DNA of 38,926 bases, taken from sequence record SRR31156797_7709. One strand, given 5' to 3'. This document shows positions 27,179 through 38,096 of the stretch, piece by piece (the first letter of the stretch is position 1; each line of letters begins with the position of its first letter). The notes beneath the pieces are model-generated. The model saw nothing but the letters and a program-made list of their open reading frames with translations, was not told the origin of the DNA and ran no database searches. Both the position numbers and the translations under genes were made by a program.

Positions 27179-29056
27179 ATGATCATGATAAAAAACGTGC
27201 AGATATTTCTAGCAATATCCATGCTCTTTCTTGTTTGTCAAACAACAGCATGGGCAAACATGCAGACTGTTTCCCTGCCCATAACGGTTGATTATTCTTT
27301 ACTGAGACAGCTGTTGGTCACCAGTTCTTTTACAGAGGAAGGGGAGTCGGTAACCTTGGTCGATGAAAAAGACGGATGTATTCATCTGCGCCTTTCCGCA
27401 CCGCATCTCAGCGAGCAGGAAGGTACACTAAAAGTCGAGTTAAGTGTTTTTTCCCAAACAGGAGTGCCTCTGGGTGGTTCATGTTATTCTCCGCTTAAGC
27501 TGCAAGGGTATGTCGTGCTTTATCAACGGCCCGTTATTGATCCTGTGGACTGGAAGTTGTCTTTTGAAACCGTGCGATCAGAATTGCTGAACGTAAACCG
27601 CAAACCGACAAAAGTAGCAGGTATCGTCTGGAAATTTGCAGAACCATATGTTACGGCCTACCTCAGCGGCATCAAAATCGATCTGATGCCGCCAGTGAAG
27701 GATATCAAAGAATTCGTTTTTCCACTTTTTTCTCCTGATAAAGAGCAGCAGGTGAAAGCCATGCTCGACTCCATGCGACCAGGAACAATAGAACTTGAAT
27801 CCAATGCCCTATACCTGCCGGTTCTTGTTGATGTAACCAGTGTATATGACCCGCATGAGCGACGGCCCACTATTGGTTCGGATAAAGAAACGCTGGAGCA
27901 GACTGTTGCCTTATGGGAGCAATGGGATGATTTATTGGTGCACCTGGTCACACGATTAGCAGGAAGGTCGCTGCGTGAGGAAGAAAAAGAGGTGTTGGTC
28001 GGTGTTTTGCTGGAAAGCAGGTACCGTTTTGTTACGGAATTATCAAATGAATCGATTCAACACGATATAGTTAGAAAGCAATTTATCGAGGTTTGGGGTG
28101 AACTCGCACCTCTTTTTCGTAAGTATTTTCTGCAACAGGGCGAAGCCAACCGATTACTGGGCTATCTCGGCTTTTTTTCTTCAGCAGATGCTTTGATGAC
28201 GCTGGATAAACTTGGGCCGACATTTGGCGTGGAGATAAGTACTGCGGGGCTGGTAAGGCTCGTGGAAATGCTTCAAGTGAATCCCAGCCTTTTCTATTAC
28301 GGAAATCAGCCAAATGCAGATTTGCAGGAATTATTTCATATAGAACCGCTCAAAAAAAAACAGGGGTCTCTTCTCAAAGAGGAGGTACCCCCAGACAACA
28401 GCGGGGTATTCAAAAAAATGTTTAATGCGCTGACGGTTTCTACCGTTTATGCAGCCGATAAACAAATGTCTATGAGTGAAATCCTCCAATGGAAAGTACC
28501 TAAAGGAAATATTACCGATTACATACGGCGGGTAGAACGTGTTCTCAAGGCATCTACTGCTGCGACCCTGATGAAAGGGAATGTTCCTGAAGTAAAACAG
28601 GCAATGTTTCAGAAACTCATCTTGGCCATGGCTTGGCAGGAAAGCTGTTTTCGTCAATTTATCGTTAAGAACCGGAAGTTGACCTACCTGCTGTCCTACA
28701 ACCAAAGCTCTGTAGGTTTGATGCAGGTAAATGAAAGGGTGTGGCGGGGATTGTATGATCTAAATCGTCTTCGGTGGGATATTCATTACAATGCTGCGGC
28801 GGGGAGTGAAATAGCCGCCCTTTACTTTAAACGTTATGCACTGCGTGAAGAGATTCGGAAAAGAAACCTGGACGACGAAACCATGGCCAGGCTCATTTAT
28901 GCCATGTATAACGGGGGACCTTCTCAGCGTACAAAATTTCTGAAAAGACTGTCTGCAAAAAAACTGTACGAAAGCGATAAACTGTTTGGGAAGAAATTTC
29001 AAATGGTCAGTGCCGGTGAGGTGAACAAGGTTAGTCTTTGTTTGGTTGGTCGCTGA
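27179..29056 (+). CDS. Exported protein with a C-terminal lytic transglycosylase (SLT) domain
   Basis: Signal peptide ending TAWA. SLT motifs AWQES, GLMQVN, YNAAAG and YAMYNGGP. Confidence 0.85.
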   Translation: MIMIKNVQIFLAISMLFLVCQTTAWANMQTVSLPITVDYSLLRQLLVTSSFTEEGESVTLVDEKDGCIHLRLSAPHLSEQEGTLKVELSVFSQTGVPLGGSCYSPLKLQGYVVLYQRPVIDPVDWKLSFETVRSELLNVNRKPTKVAGIVWKFAEPYVTAYLSGIKIDLMPPVKDIKEFVFPLFSPDKEQQVKAMLDSMRPGTIELESNALYLPVLVDVTSVYDPHERRPTIGSDKETLEQTVALWEQWDDLLVHLVTRLAGRSLREEEKEVLVGVLLESRYRFVTELSNESIQHDIVRKQFIEVWGELAPLFRKYFLQQGEANRLLGYLGFFSSADALMTLDKLGPTFGVEISTAGLVRLVEMLQVNPSLFYYGNQPNADLQELFHIEPLKKKQGSLLKEEVPPDNSGVFKKMFNALTVSTVYAADKQMSMSEILQWKVPKGNITDYIRRVERVLKASTAATLMKGNVPEVKQAMFQKLILAMAWQESCFRQFIVKNRKLTYLLSYNQSSVGLMQVNERVWRGLYDLNRLRWDIHYNAAAGSEIAALYFKRYALREEIRKRNLDDETMARLIYAMYNGGPSQRTKFLKRLSAKKLYESDKLFGKKFQMVSAGEVNKVSLCLVGR

Positions 29057-29088
29057 CGAAGTTTTATGACGCCATCCACCGTGAGTGC

Positions 29089-30540
29089 TTATTCCTTCCA
29101 AAAGTCTGGGTGAAGCATTACCAGAAAAGGAATCAGCTCAAGTCTTCCGGCAACCATATTAATAATAAAAATAATTTTACTTGGTACTGCCAGACTGCCA
29201 AAGGTACCCATGGGACCAATTTCTCCAAACCCTGGTCCTATATTGCCTATGGTTGCTGCGGCTCCTACAAAACCAATGGCAAGATTTCCTTCTATCATGG
29301 TGACCACAGTACCGGAAATTGCAAGCAGGAGGATATAAAAAAGAAGGAAACTCAGCATCTGGTGCTGGATTGTATCGGGTACTGATTTTCTGTCTATTTT
29401 TACAGGAATGATAGCCTTTGGGTGCAGGGCCTGGACAATTTCTCTCCAGAGATATTTTCCCATAAAAAGGATGCGTACTATTTTAATCCCCCCGCCAGCA
29501 GATCCCGCACAGCCACCGGCAAACATGACCATGAGCAGGATTGCCTGAGCTGGAACCAGCCATAAGGCAAAATCAGCCGAGGAAAATCCGGTGGTAGTAA
29601 TGATTGAGATAATTTGGAATACGCTGTCCCTGAGGCTATCCTTAAGCGCTGTGTCCTGTGCGAAAAATAAGAAGCTGGCAAGGGCAAGGGAAAGTAGCAA
29701 GATAATAGTGGTGTAGAGACGAAATTCCTCATTTTTTAGCAATGACTTCGGCTTAAGCTGGATAATGCATCGGTACTGGAGAGCAAAGTTGCTGCCAGCA
29801 AGGAACATGAAGAGGGTCACAATCCACGTTGCAGTACTATTTTGATAGCCCATAATGGAGAGAGGATGAGGAGAAAACCCACCTGCAGCCATGGTGGTTA
29901 GACCGTTGCAGACGGCATCAAAAAGCGGCATGCCTGTAAAATCGAGCAGTGCAATTTCTAACACGGTTAAAAAAACGTAAATCAACCAGAGCGCCTTGGC
30001 TGTGTGGGCAATGCGCGGGGTTATTTTTTCCTCTGTCGGGCCTGGTGCTTCAGCAAAAAATATTTGTCTGCCCGCGACTGCAAACTGGGGCAGGATAGCT
30101 ACGAATAATACAATAATCCCCATTCCACCAAGCCACTGGGTCAGGCTTCTCCAAAAAAAGAAAGCCCTTGGGTAGAGTGAAAAATCCTGAAGTATGGTTG
30201 CTCCGGTGGTTGTTATCCCTGATACAGCTTCAAAGTAGGCATCAAGCGGGCTCAATCCATAAAAAAGATAGGGGATGGCCGCGACTGCTGCGGTACTTAA
30301 CCAGGTCTGGGTTACTAAAAATAACACCTCAGAGCGTTTGACCCGGTCAAGATTTTGTTTTCTATCACTGTTCCATTGGCAAGAAAGGCCAACGGCGATG
30401 CTGACGAAGGAAGCTGCACAAAAAGGAAGAATAGAAGGGTAGTCGTGATCCAACAGTGCCACTATCACTGGCGCAAGAGTTATCACACCAAAACCGATAA
30501 GGATGAGCCCAAGCGCAGGGGAGACTGAGCTTGTTTTCAT
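29089..30540 (-). CDS. trkH: Trk potassium uptake permease
   Basis: Selectivity-filter loops SGITTTGA, MAAGGFS, ITTTGF and IGNIGPG. Also QWLGGMG, GSAGGGIK and GRLE. Confidence 0.93.
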   Translation of the reverse strand: MKTSSVSPALGLILIGFGVITLAPVIVALLDHDYPSILPFCAASFVSIAVGLSCQWNSDRKQNLDRVKRSEVLFLVTQTWLSTAAVAAIPYLFYGLSPLDAYFEAVSGITTTGATILQDFSLYPRAFFFWRSLTQWLGGMGIIVLFVAILPQFAVAGRQIFFAEAPGPTEEKITPRIAHTAKALWLIYVFLTVLEIALLDFTGMPLFDAVCNGLTTMAAGGFSPHPLSIMGYQNSTATWIVTLFMFLAGSNFALQYRCIIQLKPKSLLKNEEFRLYTTIILLLSLALASFLFFAQDTALKDSLRDSVFQIISIITTTGFSSADFALWLVPAQAILLMVMFAGGCAGSAGGGIKIVRILFMGKYLWREIVQALHPKAIIPVKIDRKSVPDTIQHQMLSFLLFYILLLAISGTVVTMIEGNLAIGFVGAAATIGNIGPGFGEIGPMGTFGSLAVPSKIIFIINMVAGRLELIPFLVMLHPDFWKE

Positions 30541-31874
30541 CGGGAAAATATGGACTTGATTGGTTCTGTATTTTCAGGAACAGTGAAAATCTTTAAGAGA
30601 TCATGTGCCTGCACCATGGTACTTCCATTGGGAATAATAATTCCCTTACCCCGTCGTATGACACCGATAATTGCACCTGAGGGCATTCCAATATCCATTA
30701 CTGCCGTATCAGGAAATGTTTCAGCTACCTTTATACGCAGTACTTCTCCCTTGCCGCCACCAACCATGGCTAGAATATTAACGTCTTTGGCCTGCATATG
30801 ATTGAGCAGTTCTTTCATGGCTGACTCACGCGGGGAAACCACTACATCAATCCCGACCCGTTCAAAGAGTTGTGCTTTACGCCCATTACTCACTCTGGTG
30901 ACCACTCGCTTCACACCCAACTGTTTGACAAGCAGCGAGCAGAGGAGGTTTTTTTCGTCGTTATTGGTAACGCATACCACCACATCCACTGTGCCGACCG
31001 ATTCTTCCTCAAGGAGTTCCAGATCGGTACCATCTCCATGGAGCACCAGGCTGCCTTTCAGGTTATCGGCAAGAAAGATGCAACGCTGTTGATCCTGCTC
31101 TATTGTTTTTACGCGAATACCGGCTTGCTCCATCTGCTGAGCAAGAAAATAGCCGACATTGCCGCCGCCGATCACTGCTGCCGTAGCTATTTTGTTTTTG
31201 ACTTGAAAAAGATCCGCGGCCAACATGTCAAGCGCCCGACCAGTTCCCATAAAAAAAACCTTGTCATCCCGTTGTACTTGGGTTGTACCTTTGGGGATAA
31301 AGAGGACATCATCGCGTGTAATGCCGACAATAAGAGTATTTTTGGGAAAGACGTTGTCCATGATCCTGGTATCACAGAGTGGAGAATCATCTTTTATTCG
31401 GTACTCAAATAACTTGGCCCGACCATTGATAAAATATTCTACATCGATGGCTTCCGGAACCAGGATTATTCGAAAAATATCTTCGGTCAGTAGTTGTTCC
31501 GGCCAGATGACCGTGTCGATATCGTATTTGGTTTGATAACTGTACTGATCCGGTGAGATAAGATTGTGGTGAATCTCACCTTTGCTGACGAAACAGACGG
31601 TTTCTATGGAGGTAATTTTTTTTATTGTCCAGCAGGCAACAATATTGGCTTCATCAATAGTTGAGCAGGCGATGAAAAGCTTTGCTTTTGGTTCGTTTGC
31701 CTTTTCCAGAGTCGCAATATCAGATCCATTTCCAACTATGTGCCTGATATCCAGACTGCGGAATTTTTCAGGCAGATAAGGGCTTTCATCGATAATTGTT
31801 ATGTCGTGATCTAGGGAGAGCTGGGCTGCAATCATAAAACTAACTTCTGTTGCTCCACAGATAAGAATTCGCAC
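30537..31874 (-). CDS. trkA: Trk potassium uptake NAD-binding subunit
   Basis: Two RCK_N/RCK_C pairs (MRILICGA; VIGGGNVG; GDGTD; DEKN). GTG start; overlaps the trkH start. Confidence 0.92.
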   Translation of the reverse strand: MRILICGATEVSFMIAAQLSLDHDITIIDESPYLPEKFRSLDIRHIVGNGSDIATLEKANEPKAKLFIACSTIDEANIVACWTIKKITSIETVCFVSKGEIHHNLISPDQYSYQTKYDIDTVIWPEQLLTEDIFRIILVPEAIDVEYFINGRAKLFEYRIKDDSPLCDTRIMDNVFPKNTLIVGITRDDVLFIPKGTTQVQRDDKVFFMGTGRALDMLAADLFQVKNKIATAAVIGGGNVGYFLAQQMEQAGIRVKTIEQDQQRCIFLADNLKGSLVLHGDGTDLELLEEESVGTVDVVVCVTNNDEKNLLCSLLVKQLGVKRVVTRVSNGRKAQLFERVGIDVVVSPRESAMKELLNHMQAKDVNILAMVGGGKGEVLRIKVAETFPDTAVMDIGMPSGAIIGVIRRGKGIIIPNGSTMVQAHDLLKIFTVPENTEPIKSIFSR

Positions 31875-32014
31875 AATCAGGTCCTTGTAAAAATCGTGTT
31901 TTATAGCTCTCTGTATTCACCAAGTTTGCTTGGTGCTATGTGCAACAATACAGGGGCTGGCAGATACCTTTAGCTGTACCCCCACCCCCATGAAGCTAGT
32001 CTAAAAGTGAGAAG

Positions 32015-32860
32015 CTATTGTACATCCACATTATAGAAAGTGTTAATATGCCCTTTAAATGGATGAAGAGGCTCTTTGTACATAACCTCTTCGATATGAT
32101 ACAGCGCCTTCATTTGTGAAGAAAAATCCCGGCGGGCTGTTTTATCCGTTTTCAGCGGACCGTCTGTGTCGGTAAGCTCGATACTGCTGTCGTTGACAAG
32201 TCGGACCTTTGCCGAGGAGGATGTCTGGTAGACTTTGGCAAGGATATTAGCACAGAGTATTCTTTGTTTCAATTCAGCCAGTGATGCTTCTGTTACCTGG
32301 AACTGTTTTTTTTGAACCGTTTGCACTAAAAGCTCGACCGCATCATCTACCGTAAGAGAGCCCACACAAAGAACCATGTCGTACAGGCGGCAGTCCCAGG
32401 TGTCTTTTCCATAAAGATGCAGGCTCCACTTGCGCCGCTCTTTATCATCAAACGTTATCTTTTTCAGGGCATCATTTGCCGAGCACTTTTCACGTGTTGT
32501 CTCTTCTCGGACTCTGTCTTCCATGTTGGCAATGATCCGAACTTTGAGGGCGTGTGGGATGTTTTGTAGAAAGAAGTGGCCTGCCAGGCCATGATAAACA
32601 ATATTCCCTTGTGCCATGTGGGAAAGAAAGGTGGAACGGAAAAAATGAACCAGACGTTCCTGATCATGACTGAACCACTCAAAGGCTGTTGGAGCGTCAT
32701 GTAAAGCTTTTAACAGTTTTTTTTTCGAAATTTTGAACTGGTCCGAGGTCTCAACCATAATCTCCCTTGAAAGGCAGTCGTAGTGCAGTCTCTCTGCCAG
32801 TGCCTCGGCAACTTCTTTGCCGTGACTGTATGATCCTCTCGAAATTGTAATAATAGACAT
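32015..32860 (-). CDS. Cytidylate kinase-like family protein
   Basis: IITISRGSYSHGKEVAE.LA..L, LKVRIIA and YDMVL. GGAGG RBS before ATG 32860. Confidence 0.85.
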   Translation of the reverse strand: MSIITISRGSYSHGKEVAEALAERLHYDCLSREIMVETSDQFKISKKKLLKALHDAPTAFEWFSHDQERLVHFFRSTFLSHMAQGNIVYHGLAGHFFLQNIPHALKVRIIANMEDRVREETTREKCSANDALKKITFDDKERRKWSLHLYGKDTWDCRLYDMVLCVGSLTVDDAVELLVQTVQKKQFQVTEASLAELKQRILCANILAKVYQTSSSAKVRLVNDSSIELTDTDGPLKTDKTARRDFSSQMKALYHIEEVMYKEPLHPFKGHINTFYNVDVQ

Positions 32861-33366
32861 TCCTGCCTCCTTTAGCATTGCCTGTACGGGGCAACAGCCA
32901 TTTAATGAATAAAAAGCCAAATAGCTAGAAAGGAGAAAAGAAAACTCAAGCGATAGACCCAAGGTCTACAAAGAGTAAAGAAAAGAGATACTCATTTTCT
33001 TTGGTAAAGAATTTGCCTCGTTCTACACCCGCCTTATTCTTTTTTCAATCACTTTTTTTGGGTGTTGTTGAGCTTTGAATTGTTCCATGAAAAATGCCAT
33101 TGCGTTGGTGTGACTACACGTTTTATTGCAGCAAAAGCAACAGGCTCAGCTGGTGTGATGACATATATGGTGCCGTTGGTACTTCAAGGGCAGCAGGCTA
33201 CAGGTAAAGGATTGGAAGAGAAGGCTTGTTCTCGATGCTTGGGAAGAGGCCAGTTAATATTAAAACCACAACAATAGGAGCATAATACCTTTTCTGTTAT
33301 ATATTATTCTCATGAAATTTATATTTTACATAACAAAAGTGAGACTAACCGATGATATAGGGCTAA

Positions 33367-34149
33367 ATGGAAATTGGTCAAGATAGCCTCAACTCGAAGA
33401 AACAACACAATCTGCCCATGCCAAAAATAGACCCAGTCAATGAAATGCAGATGAGTAAAGTGCCTTCCCTCTTCCGGCTGCAGCAAGTATCCAAATCTTT
33501 TCAGGAAGGAAGCCAGGAACGAATTGTCTTGGATTCTGTCAGCCTTACTGTCAAACAAGGTGAGATTGTTGTGCTTCTTGGCAAAAGTGGGACGGGTAAA
33601 ACAACTCTGCTCAATTGCATCGGCGGCATTGAGCTACCTTCCAGTGGTGAGGTTTTTATTCAAGATACGAATGTGACACTCCTTTCGGAACAGAAGCGCA
33701 CTCTGTTCCGCCGCAACCATATAGGTTTTGTTTTTCAGTTTTTCAACCTGTTGCCCACTCTTTCTGTTGAAGAAAATGTTCTGCTGCCTCTAGAATTAAA
33801 AAAAGGCAGACTGACTAGAGAAGATCGTACTCTGGCTATGGAATTGTTGGAAAGTGTTGGCTTAGGAGATCGACTGAAAAGTTTTCCGGATCGGCTCTCC
33901 GGAGGAGAACAGCAACGCATTGCCATTGCCAGGGCGCTTATTCATGACCCTTTCCTGCTGCTTGCCGATGAACCCACCGGAAATCTGGACTTTGACACGG
34001 GGTTGCAGATTCTTGAACTTCTCGAACAACTATCACGGCGCACCGGAAAAACACTGGTGATGGCCACCCATAGCCGGGAAGCAATTGGCTTTGCAGACCG
34101 CATCCTCACCGTGAAAGGAAACCAATTGATAGAAGAGTTTGGAAGGTAG
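33367..34149 (+). CDS. ABC transporter ATP-binding protein (LolD/MacB-type, AttE-like)
   Basis: Walker [26 protein letters not shown] and ADEPTGNLD. The true start may be 33418-33451. Confidence 0.9.
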   Translation: MEIGQDSLNSKKQHNLPMPKIDPVNEMQMSKVPSLFRLQQVSKSFQEGSQERIVLDSVSLTVKQGEIVVLLGKSGTGKTTLLNCIGGIELPSSGEVFIQDTNVTLLSEQKRTLFRRNHIGFVFQFFNLLPTLSVEENVLLPLELKKGRLTREDRTLAMELLESVGLGDRLKSFPDRLSGGEQQRIAIARALIHDPFLLLADEPTGNLDFDTGLQILELLEQLSRRTGKTLVMATHSREAIGFADRILTVKGNQLIEEFGR

Positions 34150-34153
34150 AACT

Positions 34154-36709
34154 ATGGGGCCAATTCTATGGAAATCTTTTTTTCGTTCCCTGTTCCATCA
34201 CCCCTGGCAACTTGTTTTTTCATTAATCGGTGTTGCACTGGGAGTTGGTTTAGTTGTTTCCATTGACCTGGCCAACGACAGTGCCAAACTCTCTTTTAAA
34301 CTATCCACAGAAAGTGCAGTGGGGCGCACCACCCATCACATAACAGGATCCGATGGCACCGTTTCGGCAGATCTTTACCGACAATTGCGAGTAGAGAAAG
34401 GAATCCGCCCGTCTGCTCCAATTGTCGAAGGGTACGCCAGTGCTGTTGATTTTCCAGGATACTCTTTTCGTATCCTGGGAATTGACCTTGTGGTTGACAG
34501 GCCTTTCAGGGCTCACCTTACCGGCATGGAGAATCTACCACTTCTTGATTTGACGGCTTTTATAAGCGACCCCGGTACCATTATTCTCTCTGAAGATATG
34601 GCCACGTCTCTGGGGCTGGCTGTTGGAAACAGTCTCCTGCTGAGGGTGGGCAGTATTACGCATAAAACAGAAATAGTTGGCCTCATAAAGCCGCAAGATC
34701 GCCTGACCAGACTGGCCCTGGAAAATTTTTGCATCACAGACATAGCCACAGCCCAGGAACTTTTTAATACAAAAGATTGTCTGCATCGGATTGATCTGAT
34801 TATTGCAAACGATAAAGAGGGCAGGGCACAGCTGCAGGCCATAGAAAAATCTCTTCCACAAGGCACCGAAATAATCCGCTCCAGCACCAGGGCAGAGCAT
34901 ATTGAGACAATGATGCGAGCGTTTCAGCTAAACCTCACTGCCTTGAGTCTCTTTGCCCTCATTGTTGGCATGTTTATTATTTACAATGCCATCACCTTTT
35001 CAGTGGTTCGACGGCGACAGCTGATAGGTACTCTTCGTTGTCTAGGGGTGACCAGGTCGCAGGTATTCACTCTGATTCTCACTGAGTCTATGGTTATTGG
35101 AATTATTGGGACCCTTCTCGGTCTTTTTATTGGCATCCTGCTAGGCAAAAATCTTGTGCACCTTGTCAGCCGTGCCATTAATGACCTGTATTTTGTTCTA
35201 CCACTTAGCAGCCTTGAAATTTCTTTTTATTCCCTTTTTAAAGGAGTGGGATTGGGTCTCTGTGCCACACTTATCGCATCCTTGGGTCCAGCTTTTGAAG
35301 CAACAGCTGCATCGCCGCGCACAATCGTGACTCGATCGACCATCGAGTCACGAGTCCAGAAAATGAGCCCCAAACTCGCACTCTCCGGTATTGGTATGTG
35401 TGTGCTGGGCGTGCTGCTGCTTTTCGTGTCGGGTAAAAATATTATACTCAGTTATTTTGGTCTGTTTATCATTATGCTTGGCTGTGTCCTGGTGACGCCT
35501 CGGCTGATTACCTCTATCATGGGGGCTTTGCAGCCAATCGCTCTGCGAGTATCCGGTATCCTTGGCAGTTACGCTGCGCGCAGTATCAGCACTAATTTGA
35601 GTCGAACATCAATAGCCATTGCAGCGTTGATGATTGCCTTGGCATCCACAATTGGCGTTGGAGTGATGATAGGAAGCTTCCGGACTTCGGTCATCCATTG
35701 GCTTGATACTCTACTCAAGGCTGATTTTTACGTCTCTGCGCCACGGCTGGTTGCGACAAGAGGGAGTGCGAGTCTTGATGAGGAGCTGGTTACAAGGATC
35801 AGGGCAATAGAGGGTATTTCTTATGTGGGTTCATATCAATGGTTTGACATTGTGGGCCGGCAAGGACGCACCCCGATTGGAGTCATGGAAATGGTTGCAC
35901 CCAGCCGCAAGAATTATATCTTTAAACAGGGGAATCCAGAAACCATTTGGGATGCTTTTCAACAGGGGAAAGGAGTGTTGCTGTCAGAGCCATATGCCTT
36001 CAGGCATAACCTGAATGCCGGAAACAACATATCTCTGCGGACAGAGTCGGGCATGAAGGATTTTCCGGTACTCGGTGTGTTTGTCAGTTACAACTCGGAC
36101 CAGGGTGTGGTGATGATAAGTCGAACTTTATTTAAAAAATTCTGGAATGGCAAGGGCATCTCTGCCCTCTGGCTTTACGCTGCAGAAGGAGCGGACAACG
36201 TGGCCATAGAACAGAAAGTGAGAAATCTGATACCGCCAGGACAGACCGTTGAGATTCGTTCCAATAAATTACTCCGCCAGGAAACCCTGCGTATATTTGA
36301 TAGAACCTTTGCCATCACCGCTGTGATGCGGTTGCTTGCCATGATTGTGGCCTTTATCGGCGTAATTACCGCCTTGATGGCTCTCCAGCTTGAACGTCAA
36401 CGTGAATTTGGTATCCTTCGGGCCACCGGTTTCACTCCTTATCAAGTTTCAGGCCTTATTCTGGTCCAGACAGGACTCATGGGGGTCGTTGCAGGCCTGC
36501 TTGCCATACCGGTTGGACTGATCACTGCCCTGGTTATGGTTTTTGTTATCAACCGGCGTTCCTTCGGCTGGACATTGCAGTTGGATGCCAGTCTGGAAAT
36601 TTTTCTGCATGCTCTCTTGTTGGCAATTCTGGCAGCGATACTTGCCGGTGTTGTACCAGCAATAAAGATAGCTGTCAGTCCTGTATCTGCCGCCCTCCGC
36701 GATGAATAG
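34154..36709 (+). CDS. ABC transporter permease (duplicated MacB/FtsX type, AttF/G-like)
   Basis: Two MacB_PCD + FtsX repeats (VVRRRQLIGTLRCLG; ERQREFGILRATG) and INRRSFGWT. Confidence 0.9.
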   Translation: MGPILWKSFFRSLFHHPWQLVFSLIGVALGVGLVVSIDLANDSAKLSFKLSTESAVGRTTHHITGSDGTVSADLYRQLRVEKGIRPSAPIVEGYASAVDFPGYSFRILGIDLVVDRPFRAHLTGMENLPLLDLTAFISDPGTIILSEDMATSLGLAVGNSLLLRVGSITHKTEIVGLIKPQDRLTRLALENFCITDIATAQELFNTKDCLHRIDLIIANDKEGRAQLQAIEKSLPQGTEIIRSSTRAEHIETMMRAFQLNLTALSLFALIVGMFIIYNAITFSVVRRRQLIGTLRCLGVTRSQVFTLILTESMVIGIIGTLLGLFIGILLGKNLVHLVSRAINDLYFVLPLSSLEISFYSLFKGVGLGLCATLIASLGPAFEATAASPRTIVTRSTIESRVQKMSPKLALSGIGMCVLGVLLLFVSGKNIILSYFGLFIIMLGCVLVTPRLITSIMGALQPIALRVSGILGSYAARSISTNLSRTSIAIAALMIALASTIGVGVMIGSFRTSVIHWLDTLLKADFYVSAPRLVATRGSASLDEELVTRIRAIEGISYVGSYQWFDIVGRQGRTPIGVMEMVAPSRKNYIFKQGNPETIWDAFQQGKGVLLSEPYAFRHNLNAGNNISLRTESGMKDFPVLGVFVSYNSDQGVVMISRTLFKKFWNGKGISALWLYAAEGADNVAIEQKVRNLIPPGQTVEIRSNKLLRQETLRIFDRTFAITAVMRLLAMIVAFIGVITALMALQLERQREFGILRATGFTPYQVSGLILVQTGLMGVVAGLLAIPVGLITALVMVFVINRRSFGWTLQLDASLEIFLHALLLAILAAILAGVVPAIKIAVSPVSAALRDE

Positions 36710-36759
36710 AGTGTATTGTGCTAAAGTTATTTTATCCACAGAGGATTTTTAAATAGGCG

Positions 36760-37935
36760 ATGTTTAAATTGCGACCCATTGTCATTGCGGTGATTTTAGC
36801 TATTGTTCTTGGGGCATTGGTTTGGTTCTTTACCCAAGATAAACGATACCATCTCGAAGCCAAACTACCACTGACAGAAGCCCTGAATACAGATGATATA
36901 AAGGGATTTGCCAGAGCCATGCAGCCTCGGCCTTTTTCATTTCCAGAGGATCATGGACCCCACAAAAAGTATAAAATTGAATGGTGGTATTTCACCGGCA
37001 ATCTTACATCCGATGCCAATAACCATTATGGGTATCAACTGACCTTTTTTCGGCTTGGCCTGCGCGCACAACCTGCCCACCGTACGACAAACTGGGGAAC
37101 AAACACATTGTACATGGCACACTTTGCTGTGACAGATGTTAAAGGCAAAAAATTCCATCACTTTGAGAGAGTCAGCAGGGACGCAATCGGCCTGGCTGGA
37201 TCAACGAGCAGGCCATTTCGGGTATGGCTGGAGGATTGGTATGTGCATGGTCAGGAAGGGGATGGAACACCCATGCGCCTCCATGCCAAAACAGATGCAT
37301 TCCAACTCGACCTGGAATGCAGCAGCGCTAAACCCATTATACTGCATGGAGACCAGGGACTCAGCCGGAAAGGGAGTGAACCGGGAAATGCCTCCTACTA
37401 TTATTCCTTGACCCGACTTCAGACAGAAGGAAGTTTGAAAATTGACGGAAAAACCTTTCAGGTAAGCGGTACAAGCTGGATGGACAGGGAATGGAGTACC
37501 AGCGCTTTGGAAAAGCAGCAGCAAGGCTGGGACTGGTTTTCTTTGCAACTCTCTGATAACCGGGAAATAATGTTCTTTCAATTACGCAGGAAAGACGGCA
37601 GCATTGATCCTCACAGCTCAGGCACCATGATTAACTCAGCAGGTGAGAGCAGGCCACTTTCCCAGGCGGATGTCAAGGTTGACGTTCTGGACCATTGGCC
37701 AAGCCCTTTGGATGGTTCCTTATACCCATCAAGCTGGCGTTTAACCATCCCTAGGGAAGGTTTGGATCTTGAAATTACGCCTTTTTTAAACAATCAGGAA
37801 CTGGATGCCGCTGCAATACGCTACTGGGAGGGGGCGGTGATGGTAAATGGCCGTTCTGGCGATGCTCCTGTAAGCGGGGTGGGCTATGCTGAGTTAACCG
37901 GGTATGGCGGCAACCAACCGGTTAATCTCAACTGA
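36760..37935 (+). CDS. AttH/CrtC-like lipocalin-fold protein, N-terminally anchored
   Basis: FPEDHGPH...EWWYFTGNL, GYQLTFFR, ASYYYS, WMDREWS, GWDWFSLQL, YWEG and GYAELTGY. Confidence 0.88.
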   Translation: MFKLRPIVIAVILAIVLGALVWFFTQDKRYHLEAKLPLTEALNTDDIKGFARAMQPRPFSFPEDHGPHKKYKIEWWYFTGNLTSDANNHYGYQLTFFRLGLRAQPAHRTTNWGTNTLYMAHFAVTDVKGKKFHHFERVSRDAIGLAGSTSRPFRVWLEDWYVHGQEGDGTPMRLHAKTDAFQLDLECSSAKPIILHGDQGLSRKGSEPGNASYYYSLTRLQTEGSLKIDGKTFQVSGTSWMDREWSTSALEKQQQGWDWFSLQLSDNREIMFFQLRRKDGSIDPHSSGTMINSAGESRPLSQADVKVDVLDHWPSPLDGSLYPSSWRLTIPREGLDLEITPFLNNQELDAAAIRYWEGAVMVNGRSGDAPVSGVGYAELTGYGGNQPVNLN

Positions 37936-38058
37936 TTTTTGCTAAAGAAATCAACCTATGACGTATGTAGGCCCAAGAAAGGGGTAAAAGGATTGATCCG
38001 ACTCTCTGGAATGTGCCATCCATATTTTAAATATTCTTCTGTGGTCTATGGAGGAGAG

Positions 38059-38095
38059 ACGCACCCAGCAAAAAAACGAAGGGTGCGTTTGTTGA
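38059..38095 (+). terminator. Possible intrinsic terminator between convergent genes
   Basis: ACGCACCC / GGGTGCGT 8-bp stem followed by TTGTTGA. Confidence 0.45.
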
Positions 38096-38096
38096 T

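Noticed and set aside
31875-33366. c-di-AMP or other riboswitch upstream of the trk genes, and the 71-aa ORF at 33062-33277
   Set aside because: No conserved riboswitch core is recognisable by eye (an Rfam scan would be decisive). The ORF has no RBS or motif.
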